From NCBI GenBank assembly GCA_964016885.1, contig OZ024765.1, positions 20,274,001 to 20,338,000 on the forward strand: a stretch of DNA of 64,000 nucleotides. The letters are read 5' to 3'. The stretch's first letter is position 1. Each line of letters opens with the position of its first letter. Positions 56,824-64,000 of this stretch are shown piece after piece. The translations under genes were made by a program, and so were the position numbers. The notes under the pieces were generated by a model that was given only the letters and a program-made list of their open reading frames with translations, did no database searches and was not told where the DNA came from. The DNA comes from Eledone cirrhosa (taxonomy: Eukaryota).

Positions 56824-57012
56824 GACTACCCATCTGTTGGACATCTGGCCGAAGTGATAGAACAGAACAAAATGACGGTCATCTTTGCTGTGGCCGGCAA
56901 AAACCAGTTGAATCTCTACAAGAAACTACAGAACAGTTTATCTGGAGCTTACGTTAGTAAACTGGACAGCGATGATTACACCATTGCTGACATTGTCAAG
57001 GACAACTATGCT
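56824..57012 (+). CDS. ITGB: Integrin beta exon (DYPS...IFAV)
   Basis: DYPSVGHLAEVIEQNKMTVIFAVAGKNQLNLYKKLQNSLSGAYVSKLDSDDYTIADIVKDNYA; 63 codons, AG/GTgagt. Confidence 0.95.
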
Positions 57013-57360
57013 GTGAGTGGACACCTTGACTAATACTCTCTCTCTCTCTGTCAGTGGACACCTTGACTAGTACTCTCTCTCTCTCTCTCTCTGTCAGTGG
57101 ACACCTTGACTAGTACTCTCTCTTTCTCTCTCTGTCTCTCTCTTTCTCTGTCTTTCTCTCAGTCTCTCTCTCTCTCTGTCAGTAGACACCATGACTAGTA
57201 CTCTCTCTCTCTCTCTCTGCCTCTCTCTCTGTCTCTCTCTCTCTCTGTCATTAGACACCTTGACTAATACTCTCTCTCTCTCTCTCTGTCAGTGGACACC
57301 TTGACTAATACTCTCTCTCTCTCTCTCTGTCAGTGGACACCTTGACTAATACTCTCTCTC

Positions 57361-57393
<33 letters not shown>

Positions 57394-57422
57394 GTCAGTG
57401 GACACCTTGACTAGTACTCTCT

Positions 57423-57460
<38 letters not shown>

Positions 57461-57478
57461 GTCAGTGGACACCTTGAC

Positions 57479-57552
<74 letters not shown>

Positions 57553-57624
57553 TCTCTCTGTCAGTGGACACCTTGACTAATACTCTCTCTCTCTCTCTCT
57601 CTCTGTCAGTGGACACCTTGACTA

Positions 57625-57660
<36 letters not shown>

Positions 57661-57677
57661 AGTGGACACCTTGACTA

Positions 57678-57727
<50 letters not shown>

Positions 57728-57750
57728 AGAGGACACCTTGACTAGTACTC
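57013..57750. repeat. Compound minisatellite gtcagtggacaccttgacta.ta(ct)n starting at a 5' splice site
   Basis: About 14 units with variable (CT)n spacers. Confidence 0.9.
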
Positions 57751-57804
57751 CCCCTCTCTCTCACACTCTCTCTCTCTTTCACACACTCTTTATCAGATAT
57801 TGTG

Positions 57805-57846
<42 letters not shown>

Positions 57847-58013
57847 AAAATAGGGAAAAAAAGACGATTATTAGGAAGAAAAAAAAAAATTTTATTTTTT
57901 CCTATTATTTTTTTCTCTTTTTTTCTGGGTTAGAAAATGTTTAAAACAAAATATTTAACTTTGTGTGAAGTGTTAAGGTATTAGTTAATTAATTTATTAA
58001 TTAACCCTGGCAT

Positions 58014-58048
<35 letters not shown>

Positions 58049-58260
58049 TATATTTAATAATTGTCTATTACCAGTTTCAGCATTTTATGCATTATCAAAG
58101 GGGGGAGTTTGTATTGGTGTAAAGTGTTGGAGAGAATATAAGGTGATGTTGAACATGTTAAGGAAATGGGGAAGAAGGACTAATGTTATTTACAAATAAG
58201 ATATATATATATATATCTTTTTACTCAGCTGTAGAAATGAGATGATAGGGACAGGGGTCA

Positions 58261-58755
58261 CTGTAAAGTGGTCGTGGAGGCGCCACGGCAAAAAAGCACC
58301 CAGCACTCGCTGTAAAGTGGTCGTGGAGGTGCCACGGCAAAAAAGCACCCAGCACTCACTGTAAAGTGGTCGTGGAGGCGCCACGGCAAAAAAGCACCCA
58401 GCACTCACTGTAAAGTGGACGTGTAGGTGCCACGGCAAAAAAGCACCCAGCACTCAGTGTAAAGTGGACGTGTAGGTGCCACGGCAAAAAAGCACCCAGC
58501 ACTCAGTGTAAAGTGGACGTGTAGGTGCCACGGCAAAAAAGCACCCACCACTCACTGTAAAGTGGATGTGTAGGTGCCACGGCAAAAAAGCACCCAGCAC
58601 TCACTGCAAAGTGGACGTGTAGGTGCCACGGCAAAAAAGCACCCAGCACTCACTGCAAAGTGGACGTGTAGGTGCCACGGCAAAAAAGCACCCAGCACTC
58701 ACTGTAAAGTGGACGTGTAGGTGCCACGGCAGAAAAGCACCCAGCACTCACTGTA
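58261..58755. repeat. ~10 x 49-bp tandem array inside a family B SINE
   Basis: Unit ctgtaaagtggacgtgtaggtgccacggcaaaaaagcacccagcactca. Confidence 0.9.
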
Positions 58756-58884
58756 AATGAGGTTGGTGTTAGGAAGGGCATCCAGCTGTAGAAATCAAGC
58801 CAGAATCAGTTCCCGTCCCACCCTTACAAGCAGGGGAAAGCGGACGTAAAATGATGAAAAAAAAAAAAAAAATCGTTAAGTTTA

Positions 58885-59269
58885 TCTTTATATATATAAA
58901 AGCGAGGATGTGTATGTGTCTGTGTACAACTTTGCATACTTAAAGCTTTTACAATTACCAACTGAATTTGACCAAATTTTCTGTGCACGTTGCACAGGTC
59001 GCTAAGATTGTCACAGCACAAACATTTTTCAAATCGACCCACGTTGAGCAATAAAAAATCGATATCAAAATTATCGGTAGCAAAATTGATGTAAGGGAGA
59101 TAACCAACCTTATTGACAATCCTTGTAAAAAATAGGGAGATAACCTACTTTATTGACAGAAGTATAAACATCAGATTCATTTGACGATAAATCACTAATA
59201 TTATCGTTTGTTTCTTGTTTATTCTTTGTTGCATTTCAAACCCTGGGCAACGCCGGGTAAATCTGCTAA
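58885..59269 (+). mobile_element. Non-autonomous Helitron
   Basis: A|TCtttatatatataaaagcgaggatgtg start; 3' ccctgggcaacgccgggt then CTAA. Confidence 0.68.
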
Positions 59270-59877
59270 TATATATATATATATATATGGAAAAGAATGA
59301 AACGTAATTTCATTTCTCACTCTTAGTACGGCTGATACTTAAATATAAGTATGTATACGTACATACATATATATGTATACAGACGTACAGTACTATGTAT
59401 ATATACATACATACATGCACACATATGTATATGTACATATGGGTTTACCGAACATTTATTATAATGTTCGGTTTGTTTGTAAACGAACGGCCCGAATTAC
59501 GCCGTACAGTGTTCGGCAACCATCGCTGCCTTTTTTATTCAACACTGACACAGAAACGATGTACTAGTTTCTAGCTTATTAGCTGTCATCATACCGTATA
59601 CCTTTCTGTCAGATGATTGAACGTTTGAAAGTATATACTTTCCTTATGCATATTAACGGCTGAGCAGCCTAATTTGCATATCGAGTGAGTTAATTGGCCG
59701 GGCACACCGAAAACGATAAATGGAAAAGAATGAAATGAAATTTCATTAATATATATATTAGGTCATCAAGTGTGAAATTTGTAGAAATTTTTTTTTTTTT
59801 TTTACAAATTTCTACAAATTTCATACTTGATGACCTAATATATACATATACACACACACACATATATTTATATATAC

Positions 59878-59944
<67 letters not shown>

Positions 59945-59974
59945 TGTACACACACACATATACACACACACATT

Positions 59975-60066
<92 letters not shown>

Positions 60067-60211
60067 CACACACACACACACACACGTATATGTACACACA
60101 CATACACACACACACATATATTTATATTAGATATACATATATATATATATCATCATCATCATCATCCAGGTCTTACAGAGTTAAGAGAGTGAAGTTAATT
60201 GCCAAACTTTA

Positions 60212-60930
60212 TATTGTCCCCTATATATTATATACTGTCCCCTATATTTATATACTATCCCCTATATTTTATATACTGTCCCCTATATCTATATACTGTC
60301 CCCTATATCTATATACTGTCCCCTATATTTATATACTGTTCCCTATATATGCTGTCCCCTATATCTATATACTGTCCCCTATATTTAAATACTGTCTCCT
60401 ATATATTTATATGCTGTCCCCTATATTTATATACTGTCCCTTATATTTATATACTGTCCCCTATATATACTGTCCCCTACATCTATATACTGTTCCCTAT
60501 ATTTAAATACTGTCTCCTATATATTTATATGCTGTCCCCTATATCTATATACTGTCCCCTATATTTATATACTGTTCCCTATATATACTGTCCCCTACAT
60601 CTATATAGTGTCCCCTATATTTAAATACTGTCTCCTATATATTTATATGCTGTCCCCTATATTTATATAGTCCCTTATATTTATATACTGTCCCCTATAT
60701 TCTATATACTGTCCCCTATAATTTATATACTGTCCCCTATATTTAAATACTGTCTCCTATATATTTATATGCTGTCCCCTATATTTATATACTGTCCCTT
60801 ATATTTATACACTGTCCCCTATATTCTATATACTGTCCCCTATAATTTATACACTGTCCCCTATATTCTATATACTGTCCCCTATATTCTATACACTGTC
60901 CCCTATATTCTATATACTGTCCCTTATATT
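60212..60930. repeat. ~20-bp minisatellite ctgtcccctatatttatata
   Basis: Direct inspection; ends at the acceptor of exon 60936. Confidence 0.9.
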
Positions 60931-60935
60931 TTCAG

Positions 60936-61009
60936 AACATAACATCAGGGGTCAAGATCATGACACCCAACAAAAACTTAAATATATCAATAATGTCAAA
61001 ATGTAAAGG
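60936..61009 (+). CDS. ITGB: Integrin beta exon (hybrid domain)
   Basis: ttttcAG|NITSGVKIMTPNKNLNISIMSKCK(G)|GTaag; phase 0 to 2. Confidence 0.8.
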
Positions 61010-61031
61010 GTAAGTGTTGTTTTGTAGCTTC

Positions 61032-62628
61032 CATCATCACCACCACCACCACCACCACCAACCACACCACCACCACCACCATCGTCATCATGATCACCAT
61101 CATCACCATCACCACCACCACCACTAACCACACCACCACCATCATCATCACCATCACCATCACCACCATCACCATCATCACCATCACCATCACCACCATC
61201 ACCACCACCACCACTAACCACACCACCACCATCATCATCACCATCACCATCACCACCATCACCACCATCACCATCATCACCACCACCACCACTAACCACA
61301 CCACCACCATCATCATCACCATCACCATCACCACCATCACCATCACCACCATCACCATCATCACCATCACCATCACCACCATCACCACCACCACCACTAA
61401 CCACACCACCACCATCATCATCACCATCACCATCACCACCATCACCACCATCACCACCATCACCACCACCACCACTAACCACACCACCACCATCATCATC
61501 ACCATCACCATCACCACCATCACCATCACCACCATCACCACCATCACCATCATCACCACCACCACCACCAACCACACCACCACCACCACCATCGTCATCA
61601 TCATCACCACCATCACCACCACCACCACTAACCACACCACCACCATCATCATCACCATCACCATCACCACCACCACCATCACCACCATCACCACCACCAA
61701 CCACACCACCACCACCATCGTCATCATCATCACCATCATCACCATCACCACCATCACCATCACCACCACCACCAACCACACCACCACCATCATCATCACC
61801 ATCATCATCACCATCACCATCACCACCATCACCACCATCACCACCATCACCACCATCACCACCATCACCACCACCACCATCACCACCATCATCATCACCA
61901 TCACCATCACCACCATCACCATCACCACCATCACCACCATCACCACCACCACCACCAACCACACCACCACCACCACCACCATCGTCATCATCATCACCAC
62001 CATCACCACCACCACCACTAACCACACCACCACCATCATCATCACCATCACCATCACCACCATCACCACCATCACCATCACCACCATCACCACCATCACC
62101 ATCACCACCATCACCACCATCACCACCATCATCACCATCATCATCATCACCACCATCACCACCATCACCACCATCACCATCACCATCACCATCACCATCA
62201 TCACCACCATCATCACCATCACCATCATCACCATCACCATCACCACCATCACCATCACCACCATCACCACCATCACCATCATCACCACCATCACCATCAC
62301 CACCATCACCATCATCACCATCACCACCATCACCACCATCATCACCATCACCACCATCACCACCATCACCACCATCACCATCACCACCACCACCACCACC
62401 ACCATCACCACCATCACCACCATCATCATCACCATCATCACCACCATCATCACCACCATCACCATCACCACCATCACCACCATCATCACCATCATCACCA
62501 TCACCACCATCACCACCATCACCACCATCACCATCACCATCACCACCATCACCACCATCATCACCATCACCACCATCACCACCATCACCACCATCACCAT
62601 CACTATCACCACCACCATCACCATCATC
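61032..62628. repeat. (CAC/CAT)n compound tract
   Basis: Direct inspection. Confidence 0.95.
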
Positions 62629-63529
62629 CTCAGCCAAAATGGACTCCACAAGGGTCTGTTGTTCATTGCCGTTGTCAAGTCCTCGATTTCAATACCAGAA
62701 TCTCTGGAGATGACATTAGGGTAGGAGAGCTTGTGTCCCCTCTTATTAGTGACTGTGGTTTCTAGAGCACTAATGGAGACACAGCCTCATAGGTGGCACG
62801 ATGGCAATGGCCAGCAAATCGGCATAGGAGAGCTCGTCTCCCCTGTTAGTAGTAACTGCTTGTGGTTTACAAAGCACTCATGGGGACATAGTTTCCTAAA
62901 GAGCATCACGCCCCTTGGAACATCAGGCATAAGTAGTGAAAGAGTCACTCACTGGGAAGAAAAACTTAATAACCTCCCATCAGTAACAACACACTGGAGC
63001 TAAAGGTGAGTGAGGTACTGTGCCCCCCCGGAGCTAAAGATAAGAAAGGTACTGCCCCACTGGAGCAGATACAAACTATGCAGTGTGGAAATGTCTAAAC
63101 AGACTAAGATCTGGTGTTGGACATGCAAAAGTCAACCTTGCAAAATGGGGATATTTAAAGGATGGGGAGGTTGTGAGTGTAGCTGTCGAAAATGAGTGAG
63201 TGTAACTGTAAAAAAAAATGTGTGAGTGTAGCTGTAAAAAAATGTGTGAGTGTAGCTGTAAAAAAATGTGTGAGTGTAGCTGTAAAAAAATGTGTGAGTG
63301 TAGCTGTAAAAAAATGTCTGAGTATAGCTGTGGAAAATGTGTGAGTGTAACAGTAAAAAATGTGTGAGTGTAGCTGTAAAAAATGAGCAAGTGTAGCTAT
63401 ATGTATCTGAGTGTGAGAGAGCAGTTGTAGAAAGTTGTCAATATATTCCCCAATCTTCCATGTCGTCAGACAATCCTTATGTTATTATCTACTTAACCAT
63501 GGCCCTTATTCTGTTTCTCACCCCCACAG

Positions 63530-63581
63530 AAATAAATGGATTGCATCAGACACATGTGAAGGAATCAAACCAGCACAAACA
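63530..63581 (+). CDS. ITGB: Integrin beta exon (hybrid domain); gene continues beyond window
   Basis: cccacAG|(G)NKWIASDTCEGIKPAQT|GTaag; C.gi..g.t pattern; phase 2 to 0. Confidence 0.8.
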
Positions 63582-64000
63582 GTAAGAGATATTGTTTCCT
63601 CTTAACCCTTTCTTCTTCTTCAACATCATTCCCAACATTCCTCTAATCAAGGGTTTCCCAAAGGTTTTCCAGCCAGTGTCCCCCCCCACCCCCCGGGCGC
63701 AAACTTTTTTTGTCAATGCCCCCCTGTCAAATTAAATTTCAAATAAGATAGAATGGAAAGAAACAATGCAGTTATTAATTTAGAAAAAAAAAAAAAAAAA
63801 AAAAAGTGGAAATTTATGCGTGCAAGATTTCACAGCTCTAGCATCACTCCTTCGTAGCAGGAGGTGCTTTCAGAGTGGGTTAGTTACAAAATGTGAAGAC
63901 ATGGGGCTTTGTGGTTAGGGGTATTTGGCTCACAATTGTAAGCTTGTGAGTTCCCGGTTGTGTGTTGTGTCCTTGAGCAAGACACTTTATTTCACAGTGT

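Overview
AT-rich, repeat-saturated animal DNA, most likely an octopus/coleoid cephalopod. This is inferred from the SINE types, RTE LINEs, huge (TA)n/(CAC)n tracts and a tandem C2H2-ZNF cluster. The backbone is a + strand integrin beta gene: 11 GT-AG exons from 19992 to 63581 reconstructed by hand (PSI, betaI/VWA, start of hybrid domain). It has an atypical metal-site motif (DLSYTMSNY, no ADMIDAS Asp pair) and an apparent frameshift in the NMDNPEGG exon. A 14-kb intron holds an antisense single-exon 22-finger C2H2 gene and a decayed paralog, with Helitron ends at the duplication junctions. The rest is RTE/CR1/R4-like LINE pieces, tRNA-SINEs, a DD37D maT transposon, a hAT-like MITE, non-autonomous Helitrons and many minisatellites. 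The top hunt result is a ~306-319 bp tandem unit (19.0-19.9 kb, again at 51.7-52.2 kb) whose minus strand folds into a type I hammerhead ribozyme with a compensatory U3:A8 core and covarying stems, i.e. a retrozyme-like element. About ten Penelope-type minimal hammerhead motifs also occur, often inside long inverted repeats. All calls were made by eye; no searches or folding programs were run.
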